From assembly GCA_030704615.1 (NCBI GenBank), contig CM060731.1, forward strand, positions 81,530,001 to 81,594,000: a DNA stretch of 64,000 bases, read 5' to 3'. A program made the position numbers and the translations under genes. Below, one piece after another: positions 1-13,195 of this stretch. How positions within the stretch are numbered: the first letter of the stretch is position 1; every line of letters begins with the position of its first letter. This stretch comes from Takakia lepidozioides (lineage: Eukaryota; Plantae; Bryophyta). The notes beneath the pieces were generated by a model that made no database searches, was not told where the DNA came from, and was given only the letters and a program-made list of their open reading frames with translations.

Positions 1-5
1 CTCGG

Positions 6-572
6 GTGTTCGAGGCCTTATGCTTGGTGAGGATGCGAAAGGACACCCTCCCTCCTGGTATTGCGGAGTTCCAGTTGAGAGACCTTGCAACACACATCGA
101 CCCCAGCTGCGAGCCTGTGGGGGACGATGTCCTGTACAATTACGTGGACTCCGGGCGGACCATCAAAAGACGAATGGTGTCCTTGGAGAGGTGCTCGGGA
201 GAAATCTCCAGCATTCATGCAGACTCTGGTGGAGACTTGCAGCCGACAAGGGGGGCGGATGGTAGACTTGTCTTTGGGAAGAAGTTTGCCCTGCCAAGTC
301 TCCTGCTCTGCCGTATCTATGATCTTGAATTTTGTAATGATTGTTGGTTTTTTAACCATTCGTTCTGTGCATTTGCAGGTGCAACATTCCATGCCTGTAA
401 GAGCGCCGGTAGACACTTCCTCGGCATGGAGGGGGATGCGGAGCTGTTTTCATGCGAGATTAAACAACTCACCTCCGGCTCGGCATCGGCCCCACACAAG
501 GAAACAGTTTTTGACGAACGGGAACTTCCAGATGAAGACCTTGACGTGGACTCCGACTTTGAGTGTACGTAA
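6..572 (+). pseudogene. 3' exons of an N6/N4 DNA methyltransferase-like gene (paralog of 46292-50906), frameshifted and truncated by the window edge
   Basis: Across frames and a probable intron (~280-378) it reads DVLYNYV...PWRGAREKSPAFMQTLVETCSRQGGRMVDLSLG|GATFHACKSAGRHFLGMEGD. This matches beta-class amino-MTase motifs X-I-II (QKPxxLxxxLIxxxSxxGxxVLDPFxGSGTTxxAAxxLGRxFIGxE) and is collinear with 49981-50360. Confidence 0.6.
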
Positions 573-1412
573 GTCCGGTTTGTTTTGGATGACATGTCGG
601 ATTTTTCATTTTTTCAGACCTTCATTTTTGTCACAACCGCGGTCCTGTCTTTCTGCTTACTGGGCTTGCAACTTTGGGAATCTTTGCAGGACACCAGAAA
701 CGAGGAGAAGCATCCCTTTTATGCTAACCGGAATTTTTTCCGAGCCCAACTGCCCCCCTGCAGTTGCCATGCTATGCGGAGGCTGCCGCTAGGGAGTTTA
801 CTCTCTGTGACTCTCCCCCTCTAGTTTGCTTCAATCGTATAGAAAATGTGGACAGCAGGGCTAGGATCTTTATGGACATTAGTGCGTCGGAGTCCGGTGC
901 TACCACAAGTTCCAGTACATAGACATTTTCCGATTGGTTCCACCTGTTTGACAATATCTAGGGAATCAATTGTGAGGAGATTGCTCTCTTCCTTCAACTG
1001 CGTGCCTCCCTTCCCAACATTGTCTACATAAGCCATTTTCTGGACATAAAATTTGTCATCTGCACTTGCTAGTCCATTCATACAATCTCTGTGGGTCCAC
1101 AATACTTCCACGTACGTATCTTGTTCATGCATCCAAAACATAAGTCCATCCATCAACTGTCCGAAATTCTACCATTCCAAATTTGTCACTCCGTCATTCA
1201 TCCAATCGTCCAGCATATATCATCCATCATCCGCCCCACACTCAGCCATCATGCATGTAACATCCAACCAATATCCATCCACCATCCATCCAATATTTCT
1301 CATCCATCCACCATTCAGGCAAATGATTTATTCGTCTATTCATTTATTCGTGATTAATCGTTACTCGTTTAACGAGTAGTTCGGGGGTCAAATGATATTT
1401 GATTCATTCCAA

Positions 1413-2182
1413 TGTTACAGGTGCTAGACAAGAATGAGGTGACCAGGCCAACTCGGAGCTTCGGCTGCTCACTGGGACATAACGGTCCCCCTTTGCTCCT
1501 CCACAAGACCCTCGCTCACTTTGGGCCTAGTGGAAATTCCCTTTGGTTGTTGGCAGTCCGGAACAGCTCCCCACACCTTGGTCGCTTTCCGGCTCGCACG
1601 CTTACTCACTAGTTTTTGGTCATCAACGGGCTTGCACCGTTCTCGGGGTTACTACTCCCTATATATACTTCAGTGACTGTCCGCGGGGGTTTCACAAACA
1701 ACCCAATCATTTTATGGCGAACCGCCACGAAGACCCTCGATTCCCGGTGATGAGTCGCGGTGAGTCTTGGCCCACCTACCACGGCCCCATTGGACCGTGA
1801 TGAGTCCCAAGACTCCCCACGACTCCCACCACAAGGTCTCCACCCCATGGTGAGTCCTATGCCACCCCCACTAAGCTACCACCACCCCTCGTGGACCCAC
1901 CCCCACCGCAACCCGGTGTGCGGGGCTCCACCTAGTGAGCACCTCCGCCTCCTTGAGTGCCTTGGGCACTCAATGGTGCTTCAGCCCCCGTACCTATTAT
2001 CCAACTGCACATCCAGGTACGCATTGCATTTTCACTCGTTCCCACGGGAATAGGTCTCCTAGTTATCACCGTCCGCGGATGTGGGCCCCAACAACCTCTG
2101 GCGTGAGCATCTTTCTGCTCACGGATCGGCATCTTCTCGCTCACGCATCTTCCCGCTCACGTGAGCCACTCACGGACTAGCA
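1413..2182 (-). mobile_element. LTR (probable 3' LTR) related to the chromovirus LTR at 24328/30513
   Basis: About 1445-1995 is the reverse complement of the middle of the chromovirus LTR. It has TG...CA termini on the minus strand and a purine tract (GGGGGGGA, 2183-2190) immediately upstream on the minus strand. Confidence 0.6.
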
Positions 2183-3779
2183 TCCCCCCCAAAAAAGCAC
2201 GTCGCCAATGGCGATGTGCTGCAGTCGCGAGGGTAGCCTGGTGGGGGGGGTTGGGGGTTGATTTTGGGAGTGAATTGGGGGTGGTTTTTGTTTTTTGCCT
2301 GGTTTTGTTTTTGGGGATGGGAGACCTTACAGTTCCATTTCTCTGATTTAGCAGGTACACAATTGAGCAAGCATGAATCGAGGGTGAGGACAGTGCAACA
2401 CATGAATAAGATGGAAGATGGAAAGATTGAAATATATTTACAGGAAATGAGCTGAAAAGCTCACAAGGGTTCAGTAGGCTGACCCTCGGACCTACATGAA
2501 CTAGGACTAGTCATCCTCATTCTCATCCTCAGTGGAGGACTCAGAACTATCCGATGAGCCTGATGATTCCGCGCCCTTTGCCAGAGCACCTAAATCAGGC
2601 AGCGTTCCCCTAATTCCCACAGAACTCTCATCCAATCCTTGGCCATGACCCCCGACCTCATCCATACTAGTGCCCTATAGTGCACTCATCCCCTCCGTGT
2701 TGGCCATGTTCTTCATGAGGGATTGCCAACCACGCTCCTTGGCGTAGTTGTAATCTACCGGAGATGGCTTCCTCTCAACCGCGCGTTGCTACACATGCGA
2801 CAAATGGAAGGTGACATGATTCAGGATTTGCCAACCTGTGTAATTCCATAAGGTGGTTTGGGTATGGCCCCATTTTCCATTGCCCTCCGAATGATCTGTC
2901 TGGCACGGTACCTCCTGTCCTTCAAGTTTCGCCCCACCATCTCCATCACCCTTGTGTCACTTCAATTGCCCGGAAACCGGCGGTCTAACTCACGGGCATA
3001 CGCCCGCTTCGCGCCAAAGTGCTGATCAGCCCACTCGATGTGCAAAGGGAACCACCTCAAGGCGAGGCCGCTGATCGGCTAGGCCGCTCCGAACCGGCCC
3101 ATACCTCCTCCTCCCCCCCCCCCAAATGCGTATCAGGGTAGAAGCCCTCACCTGGCTTGACTTCTTCGAGGCGCTTCGCTATCTTGGCCACTTCATTGGC
3201 CCTCCTCGTTTCCTCCTCCCTCATCAACAACAATGGGCTAGCAATGGAGGCTTTCAAAGGCCCTTGAACCTGACGTTGGGCCTTGGTAAGTGCAGCCTTT
3301 ACTGCGGAGGAAGGGGTCGTTATGGGGGTGAAAAGTTGCCCATACCGGGCCCCCGAACGGGTGATGTGCTTGCCAAGGTACATTTCACCTGTCTTGGTGG
3401 CCGGGGGTGTGCTCAACTGAGCATCCGGCTCAGCAACAACCTCCCGAATAGGAGAGCTAGCTGAGCCGGCCCCTGGCGCATCCAAGATGTGGACAAGAGG
3501 GGGGTACTGGCCTCGGGGGGCAGACGAGCCCTCCAGCTGCGGCTGTCGACCGGGCTGGTTAACCGTGAGACGCCCTGGTGCGTCACACGTGCCGGCAGAG
3601 CAAACGGATTGTCCGCCCCTTTCTTTGGGGCAGGGGACTTCTTCTCTTTCCCCATAAGCTGGCACCTGTCATGCAAACCCACAAGTTGGCCTCATTAGGA
3701 AACAACCTCTACATTCCAGATCAAAAACAAAAAAAACCAAGCATGTCGGGGGCTGAGAGTAGCAAGTGCTCGAGGTCTC

Positions 3780-3945
3780 GAGAGGGGGCAACAAAGAGAA
3801 AAGAAAAAAGTGGGGGGGGGGGGGAAGTGACTGAGCACCACCAGTAGCTGCTGAGCACCACGGGCTCAGTCACTCCCCCCCCCCCCCCCCCCCCTTTTCT
3901 TTTTTTTTGGTTTCCTGATCTCTCCCTCTCTCCCCCTCTAGAAAC
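3780..3945. repeat. polyG-AGTGACTGAGC...GCTCAGTCACT-polyC hairpin, copy 1
   Basis: Inverted repeat with G/C homopolymer arms; a similar direct copy lies at 9480-9635. Confidence 0.75.
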
Positions 3946-6327
3946 TGGGTTTATGGAATTGTTACCCCGACTTCCATCTTTGAAAAAATTGAAAAATTGG
4001 GTTGCAGGGAATTTTGGATGTTTTTCATCCAAAATACAAATTTTTCCCTGGTGAAACATTTCTTCACTAAATACCTATGAGTTGCAAAACTCCCGTCAGT
4101 TTTTATTTTTTCAATCCAACCTGGATGAAAAAAAGACTTCATCTGACAGGACCTAAATACGGGGCAAGACAGGTATAAAAGAGTTGTTTTAAACCCCCGA
4201 TGTTTTTCATCTAACCTAGATGAAATGCGGACTGCATCCGTCGAGTTCAAGACAGGATGAACGCACGATGTTTTTCATCTTCTGCAAATGATAAACGGAC
4301 AACGTCCGTTGGGCATACAGGTTGGCGGATGTTTTTCATCTTGAGAAGGATGAATGACGGGCCAGACAGGGGAAAACCCTGCGCAACCCTAATGTCTTTC
4401 TTTTTGCACTGTGAGAGCGTGCGCAATGGCGGCTTGGGAGGAGCGATGGTGCTCGTGCTGCAGATACCTTGAGCTGCCAATCCTTGAGTGTTTATGGCTC
4501 ATGTGAGCGCCGCCTAGGCGGGCTCTTTAAGGCGATGGCGGTGGTTTAGAGATGAGGGAAGATTCACTGTCTCAGTTGTCTGTTTTTTTGCTGCACAAGG
4601 GAACCGCGGCAGTGATGGCGGAGGTACCACCTGCATGCTTATGACGTTTCCCTAGGAGCCCTCCTCTGGATCTTTGATGAATGGCGGCGTCTTGGTAGAA
4701 CAAGGAAGTCTCTCTCCCTCCCTTTATAAACCCTACCTTTTGAGACCAAGCTCTTTTTTCTTGTGCTTGGCAAGACTTTGCTTTGGTTAAGGTAGCAGTG
4801 CTGTGGTGCTGGCGGAGTCCTCCCTGCACGGTTAGGCTTGTGGAGAGATGACGACTCTCCCCCAAACAATAAAAAAAGTTTGTTTTGCTTCCCTGCTTTC
4901 TTTGGCATTCTCTACGCTTAGATTGAAGTGTATTTGACCTCGATAGCAAGTGTGGAAGCTTGCTACTCACCTCATGCATCCTCACTAACTCACAATGCGT
5001 TGTGGTTGTTTTTGGGACGGGCACAGGTGAGGGCTTCCACTTAATATTCTGATGTCTAGGTGTTGCTGGATGTCAAGTGGGGTTGCAGAGCAGGGGAAGG
5101 AATCGCTTGCCAGGGACTCATCTTAAAATGTTGAAAAACTAAACTACTCTATGGTTTTTCTTGATCCTACCTCTTTCCTTCCTTTATTTTTGAAGAACAA
5201 GTGTAATGCTTTCTACGATGGGCTATTTTCGGCCCAGCCAGTGGAAGACCTCTGCTTTGTTGTGACAGCCGGGTTTATGATGGCTTGTGTGAGAGACACA
5301 CATATGTTTTCCAGGCCCTAGTTTGCTTTGCTTACCTTATGGAAGTTGGAAACAAATTGCAAAGAGGCTATAAGGAAATGTTTGTTGCAGCTATTCGGGT
5401 ACCCATGTTGGCCCCTGTTATGTTCCAACCCAGATGGCTTTGTTAGCTAGATGCTTAGGCCAGGGTATGGTGAAGATTCTGCCTATGGATATTCGGCTGA
5501 TAATGAAATATGGCAGCAATATATAACTGGTAATTGGTTTTTGAGGCAGCCAGGGTGGTCAAGTGGAAATACCCCCTGGACATGGTGTAATGACATGGTC
5601 AAATGTGGAATGATGTAAATAGGGGGTACTGACAGTATCATATACTGTCACATGATGTGTATGCAGTCCTTTATCTTTACCTTGCTGGGTCATGAATTTT
5701 GATTTTCAGCTGTAGCAAGAAATAAAGGTATAGGGGTATTCTGGAAAACTTACCAGACATATCCACCTCCCCTGTGGGGGCAAGCTGTGCTGCAGACCAG
5801 TCTAAACAAATACTGACAGGGCAAGGTATTTAAATCTGTGATATCCAAGTGTTCTTTTTGTTTAAAAAAAAACCCCTTCCTTGACACCCATGGGGTTTGA
5901 GTAAGTATGCTTGGATTACACCTTGCAGACAGTAAATCTGTATGACCATTTGACCTGCACCACATCAAGGCCAAACTATGGCCAAGTACCCACCATCCCA
6001 CCCAGACCTCTGAATGTAAATCATGATCATGACTGGTGGTCAATCAGCATCAGTGGCATACTCTTTGGGTTATGAATAATGTACTGACATGAACACATTA
6101 CTGTGCATGGATGTAATTCTGGATTTTCTAAGCTTGATGATTGATGGATGGTGCCACTGTTAAGTGGCTGATATGTCTGATTATTCTTCTTATTCATGAC
6201 AACGACCCTAGGGGTCCTATCTTTGTCTTGACATGACAAAAAGCATCTTCCCTCTTTTTTTTGCTACTCACAAAAATAAACAAACCACAAGGGAGAGAAG
6301 GTGCAGAAAAAGTTAAAAAGATTGTAC

Positions 6328-6930
6328 TCATAAGACGTTGTTTGCCGTAGCCTTGTAGCCATTGACCCCGCGCCCAGTTTGAGCGGAAACAAAAGGGACA
6401 AAACCTGCCTCTGTCAGGGGCTGACGTTGGTAGTAAGACTTATCTTCATATATAGAATTAATCTGGGTTTTCCAGATATCCTCTAGAAATCCCTTCACAC
6501 AAGCATCAATCTGCTGTGTGTGATTTGCCCAATAACTAGGCCTCAGGAGGGCCTGGGCTTTTGGCTCAGCCTTGAGACTTTCAAAGTTGGTAAACAGTGG
6601 TACAGGCACAATTCCCTTGATAGATTTGAAGAGAGCGTCTCTTTGGTGAGAGAACCCCGGACAGTGTATCAGAAAATGAGTACTGTCTTCAGATTGCCCA
6701 CACAACGGGCAATTGCACTCTCCCTTTCCTCTCTACTTCAATTTGTTGTTCAAAGGTAGGCTTCCTGCCCAGAGTTTAAATTTCAGTCTAGTGCCGAGAG
6801 TGGGTAGACCCTTGAGGTCATCCAAAATGTCCTCCCCCATGTCACTGACTGGAAACAAGTTCAGGGAAGTTTTCTGCCTAACTTCATTTTCATCAGACAC
6901 TCTCATGGCAACAGACACCCAATCATTCAT
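6328..6930 (-). mobile_element. LINE 3' remnant (C-terminal CCHC zinc-finger region), with internal stop
   Basis: GTRLKFKLWAGSLPLNNKLK*RGKGECNCPLCGQSEDSTHFLIHCP is the C-x2-C...E-x3-H-x4-C motif typical of non-LTR ORF2 ends. Confidence 0.7.
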
Positions 6931-7039
6931 GATAAAACAGGGTGGGAGGGCGGGATTTGTTTATGTACAGGTCATGACAACAAGACAAGCACATAAGCAA
7001 GCACCTTGTGTACTAAAAAATCAGATTGCTGCAGCATGT

Positions 7040-7700
7040 TCAAATTCCTGTAAGTAACCCAAGACATGCACCATGCAAGGCTCCTTGGGTAGGTAAGAAC
7101 AGCCTCAGATTGTATCATCCATAGTTATCCATAACATATGCACCATGCAAGATATCATGGGCATATAAGAGCTTCTTGCCACATTACAGATCTAAGATAT
7201 GTATACACAGGTACCTTGAAGTGATCCAAGACAAGAATTATGCAAGGTAGGTAAGAATAGGCAGCCCTACAACACATTCAGGGAATGTACACACAAGCAA
7301 CTGGAAGGACCAGCCTGCAATCAATTACACTTCGGGCATGCCACCAAGTAAACTTCTTGGGCATGGCAAACCATATTGCAGCTTCACATTTCGCCAAATG
7401 TAAGTACCCCAAGGCGTGCATCGTGCAAGGTCTTCTGGGTAGGTAAGAACAGCCTTTCATTGTACAAATTCAGGACCTGTGTACACATGAATCTTGCTGG
7501 ACCAGCCTGCAGTAAATCAGACTCCAAACATGCAACCAAGTGATCCCTTTGGGCATGACAAGACTGACTGCGACTCCATTCTACATCATGTACAGTTGCC
7601 CCAAGATATGCATCATGTAAGGCATTTTGGCATGGAAGAAAGGTCTGCCCTGTCACAGCATCCAGATATGGACACACATACAATTTGAGTGCCCAAGATC
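7040..7700. repeat. degenerate tandem repeat
   Basis: Recurring GCACCATGCAAGG...GGGTAGGTAAGAACAGCC-like units. Confidence 0.5.
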
Positions 7701-9479
7701 AAGCCCACTTGGCCAAGATAAATCATACAATGCAGGTAGCTGTTCAGATGACAACATAAGGTAACTAATCACTGGCCATAGTCCTTTAGAGCTTACCATC
7801 ACTATTTCCCAGGAGGCTAATGCCATGTTTTGCAATAGAACCTCACTAAGCTCCATTCCACATCAAATCCAGGTCTGAAAACGGCATGTCATTGCCTTAT
7901 CAGGCTGTCTTCTTTAAAAAAAACTAGGCCTCCTCTTCCTTAGAGCCTAACAGCCACTGATGCCTTTGCCCTTAAACCATCAATCCTCTTTTAAGGCCAA
8001 AAAAGTACCTAGTCTAAAAATCCACAGGCAAAGCTGTCAAAGATTCAAGACAGGGTAAGATTCACATGCTGTGCTGCAAGAGACAGGGCTACCAGGCCGA
8101 AATGCTCCATCAACGGCAGCAAAACATAAGTCAAAAGCAAGCATCATCATGTCAAACCGGGAGCAAGCGGGCCGAAATCGGAGCTGCAGGCAACAGCCAA
8201 GTCATGACGCCATACAAAGTATGTTCATTTTGCTCACATCCTTATCTGCAAGCTCAAGAGAATTCAAAGCAAGTAGGGATCCTCACCTGGTCCCATCACA
8301 AAGCCCCCACAAAAACCAACAGGTTAGTGAGGATTGTGGAACCCCAGGTGAATCACAAACCCCTACACTTGTCATCGATGTCAACTAAGAACCTCAAAAA
8401 CAAGAGAGAAAAACATGAAGTAAAAGGAACCCTAAACACCAAAAACACCTTGAGCGATTGGGGAAGGTAACTGTGCGCCATCGCCACCAGCAAGCCACCT
8501 CTAGCATAAGTGAAGCAATCAAGCATCCTTGCTAGGTTTAAGAAGGGAGGGAGAGAGATATAATTCCCCACACAAGCGCCGCTGCGAAATATAAAAACCA
8601 GAGGAGAGAAAGAGACAATGCAATCACAGCGGGGTCTCCCGCCTGTGAGAAGAGACAAGACGCCGCCATTGCGCATCCCCAGGAGCTCGTCCGGCATGGG
8701 CACGCAGTAGCAGATAGGGAAGCAGCAGAGCTCAGACGCCATAACTCTCAACCCGCGAGCTCAGAAGCACGAGGAGTGCTGCTGACGGCGGGAGAGACAC
8801 CCTAGGGCAAAGCCCAATTTTTCATCCGTGCAGGATGAATAATCCACACCCTTTATTTCGAAACCCGACGGATGTCATCCATTAGCTAGGTTTAGACAGT
8901 AGGTTATAGGGTAGGGTTTAGGGTTTCACTCCTTAATTAGCCTCAATTAAGGGTAATTAAACAATTCTCCAGGGCCATCATAAGCTGCATTTTTCATCTG
9001 GTTCAGATGAAAAAAAGTAATAAGTTCATCTAGTTGGAGAAGGTCCATCAGTAGGATGAAAAAATAGTACATATCATCCAAGACAACGGTTTCTCATCCT
9101 AGCAGGTAATTCATCATCCCCTAAGAAAAGCCTCATCCAGTACGGAAAAAGGCATAAAGGAGGAATAACATGAATTAATATCCAGGTATTTTTCATCCGG
9201 TATGGATGGAAAAATTATAGATAGGATGCCAGTGTCAACCCCTTCAGAGGTAATTCCTCATTCTCTGGTGACTCATCTGGTATAGATGGAAGTCAATAAA
9301 AGAGGAATGAAAAAATCATAGACCCGTTTTAGAGGTATTTTAGTGTCCACCCAGGTAATTCATCCGGTATGGATAGAAAAACTTTATAGGGCGGGTGAAA
9401 ACACTGTTTAGAATCCATCCGGTATAGATGGAAAAACATGAAAAGAACACTGATGCAACCGGCCAATTCCGAGGAGGGA

Positions 9480-9635
9480 GACAGAGGGAGAGAGGGGGCA
9501 ACAAAAAAAACAAAAAGGTGGGGGGGGGGAGTGACTGAGCAGCTGCTACTTAGTCACTCCCCCCCCCCCCCCCCCCCCCACCTTCCTCTTTTTCTTTTTG
9601 TTTCCTGATCTCTCCCTCTCTCTCCCTCTCTCCAG
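9480..9635. repeat. polyG/polyC hairpin, copy 2
   Basis: Same arms and the same flanking TTTCCTGATCTCTCCCTCTC as 3780-3945. Confidence 0.75.
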
Positions 9636-9929
9636 CTATCGGATCGGGATCTAATCATTTTTTCTTAAGCCTATGTGGTTTGAAATTGGTATGATTCAAC
9701 TTAATCCTTGATCCATTTTTTTGCGTCATCCATGCCGGATGAATGCTGTACCTAGGTTTTTATCGTGGACAAATGACATCCATACAGGATGACATCAGAG
9801 ATGAATGCCTATTAATGTTATCAGTTATACACGATTTCATCCACACTGGATGAAATCGCGTGGAGTGAGGCCTTATCACTTTGCTAAACCTAAAGAAAAA
9901 CACGAAGCTCGTGCTTAAGCTTGTGTTGG

Positions 9930-10700
9930 AGTGAATGGTGACGGCTAAGTGGTCCTGCTGCGTGAATTCATGGCGTTTGATGCTTATGGAGAAGCGTAAT
10001 GAAGGCTTTGCAGCCTGACAGCTGAATTCCAGGTTTAATTGATGGTCTCAACATATGCTTTGGCGGCTATGTCTTCATACCTTGAGCTACTAGATTGCAT
10101 TCAAGCTTCTGCTGGTGTGAATGATGGCGGCTAGGTGCTTATACTGCATAAATCAGAGGCATTTGGTGCTTATGGAGAGGCGTAATGAGGGCTTTGCAGC
10201 CTGGCAGCAGAATTTCAGACTTAATTGCTGGTCTCGGCATGTGCCTTGGCGGCTATGTCTTCATACCTGATTACATGAGCTTCTGCTGGTGTGAATGGTG
10301 GCTGCTAGGTGCTTTTACTGCAGGAATCCGAAGCATTTGAGCCTGATTCCAGGCCTAATTGCTGGTCTCGGCATGTGCATTGGCGGCTATGTCTTCACAC
10401 CTGATTGCATGAGCTTCTGCTGGTGTGAATGGGGGCTGCTAAGTGCTTTTACTGCAGGAATCTGAAGCATTTGATGTTTATGCTGAGGCCTTATGAAGAC
10501 TTTACAGCCTGATTCCAGGCCTAATTGCCATGTGCATTGGCGGCTATGTCTTTACACTGGAAATGCGGCTGGAATTGAATGCATTCAGGGTGTTTTGATG
10601 TTTCTGGACCTGCACATTGAAGGCTATGCAGCCTGGCATCTGAAATCCAGCCCTAATTACCAGGCTTTGCATGCGCATGTGCGGCTGGGTCTTCAACTCC
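9930..10700. repeat. degenerate tandem repeat (units roughly 120-190 bp)
   Basis: Repeated TTGGCGGCTATGTCTTCA(T/C)ACCT and GCTTCTGCTGGTGTGAATG motifs. Confidence 0.75.
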
Positions 10701-12889
10701 TTTACTGGTAGCTACTTCTTTTTTTCTACGAAGCAATCAATTTGGTTGCTAGCTGAACCCTTGAATGCTCATTGATGAAGCTGCAGCACCTGCATGGTTT
10801 TCAGGGAGTCTCTCTCACTTGATAAACTCCTCATTCTTTTCAGCAAAGCAATCTATTTTCACTTGTTTGAATGCACGTCTTGGACATCATGTCGCAGGCT
10901 TCGCCACTTCCACAAGCCTTCAAGGTCTTGGTGGTTTAATGTTTTGTTCCTTGCTTATGCTTGCTTTAGATTGTATGTATGACATCAATAGCAAGTGTGA
11001 AGGTATGTTACTCACCCGACGCAACCTCACTAACACACAAAATGTCTTTTGTGGTGGTTTTTGGGACCGGCGCAGGTGAGGATCTTCACCTTACATAATG
11101 TTTGAAGCTTGCAGATGCGAAGAACTCTGCATAAAATGTGGCTGATGTTGAATGCAACTACTACTCCAATGAGACATCAGGGGAGGACCTATTTTGTACT
11201 CTTTAACTTGTTCTCTAGTTGTTGACAACTCAGTTTACATTATTAAAGGGCAGGCATATGCTAGCATTCATAGAATACACATATTCTACTGAAAGGTATC
11301 TATTTTTCTTGACATAGCCGCATTGTGGCATTTTTTGACCTTTGCTGTAGCTTGACAAGGCAGTATGTTGCCTTTTCCAGGCACTATTTTTTGTCTTTTG
11401 ATGAGTCAAGACTGCTCTGGTTTATGCAGCTTATGTTCAGATCATACCTGGCAGTGCTTATTTAGCTTCTTCAGAATACACACATTCTTTTAAGCTACCA
11501 CATACTGTTGGTTTTGATCTAATAACAAACATGTACATCTTGAGCTTTTTTCTTACTTTGGCAGAATGATGATAAGGCCCTGGAACATCAACTCTAGGCC
11601 TGATTCTGCTTAGGAAACACTCAAATAGTACTGCTACTGCAATCATTGCTTAGTAAAAGTACTTTGCAATGTTTTTATGGAAGCCTCTCTAGCAGACTTG
11701 GTCTCGCTTAAATGCTGCCAGTCATTTTGGGAACATAACCTGCTACATAGTTATAGTGTTTGAACTAGGAACAATGGGGCAATCACACTTATAACTATTA
11801 GGTACTGGTACCCCGGACCTAAAAGCTGCCTTATGGAAGCCTATCTGTTTTGTACTTTAGCAGAATGTGGATAAAGCCCTGAAGCAAACACTTCAGGCCT
11901 GGGCCTGCTGCTGATAAGTTCAAATACGATCTATGAATGCATTGTTTGTTTTGCTAACCACTATGCAAATGCTCTTGAGGATGTTTGTTTAAAAGACATG
12001 GTTTCTTTTAAAACTTTCTAGCTGTTCTTGGGAACATATCTTGCTAAGTGGCAGATATATCTCAATATGGCTGAGAGATGAAATTACTCTGCTCTATGGA
12101 ATATGAAACCAGTCTGTTTTGGTGGTGATGGAATTTTTCTCTTTCTATGATGAATATCTTACAATTCCCACCCTCCCACTCTAAGGTATAGGTACACAAA
12201 TTGTCTCTTCATTCTAAAAAAGCCATTGCAAAGCATGTCATGGGGTTACAATTTCTATACGAGGTGCTTCAAGGGGTATCAACATTCGTTCCACAACTAC
12301 CTACCTTCTCAAAGGCAACGGTGAAAGGGATGTCCATGAAGCTTCGAAAGCTGGAAGAGTCGGACATGGTCGTGGCGTGGGCGCCGGGGAACCGAGTAAG
12401 ACATATCAACGTCAATTTGGATGCGGACGGAGAGCTCAAACTTGCTGCATTAAATATCGAGGACATTTGAAGAGGTACCCCACTTTGCTTCCTTCATTTC
12501 CCCCGCATTGTTTATGCCACCCGGTTTAGTCCAGAAAATGTCCTCCCCTCATGCACTAAAAGTACAATTTTTTGCACATGCCTGCTATACCACATGGGAG
12601 TTGGTAGACCCATATACAATAGGACCTATCTATCTATATTGATGCCGAATCTCCTCTAGCAGAAAGGAGGTTAGCTATTTCATGAGCTTGAGCGGCATGA
12701 GCGGAGTAGCAAGACAATCAGTTTTCATGAGCAGAAGTACAAATTCTGGAAATAAAAAAACATTAAAAACATTATTTTAATGGAATGTGTCAGAAAAAAC
12801 CAATATAATATTCATTGTTTGAAGTAAAAATTGTAGTTTTGAGAGCTGCGCTCATGATATTTTGTCTTCCGCTCATGCGAATTCCGAGC

Positions 12890-13190
12890 AACATCTGCGA
12901 AAATGGCGCCGAATTTCGCGGTAATAGGTGTCTCCGGCGAAAAATGGTGCTGAATTTCGCGGCTATAGGTCCCAACATGGCAGGTGTGCAGTAAGCCCAA
13001 AATTTGGAAATGTGGCGCCGAATTTCGGTGCATGGTGTCGGGGATTGCACAGATGTTGGGCAGTTCTGGGTCATGTATCTGAAAATTTGGCGCCATTTTT
13101 CCAGACTTCGTTCCCATGCATGTTGGGACTTAGCTTGTTTTCGGCCCAAAATAGGGAAATTCGGCGCCATTTTTCCAGAAATAGCCCCAC
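12890..13190. repeat. cluster of AAAATGGCGCCGAATTT motifs in both orientations
   Basis: At least five copies. It also contains GGGACTTAGC...TTTTCGGCCC, shared with the 48873-49400 array. Confidence 0.75.
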
Positions 13191-13195
13191 AACTG

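Noticed and set aside
821-1156. Coding-like minus-strand ORF
   Set aside because: No recognisable family motif; cannot be assigned.
12201-12470. Short ORF of protein-like composition
   Set aside because: No recognisable domain or gene structure.
12570-12640. Left TIR of the MULE-like element pairing with ~50990-51020
   Set aside because: Only a GAGTTGG match was seen, with no extended inverted repeat or 9-bp TSD.
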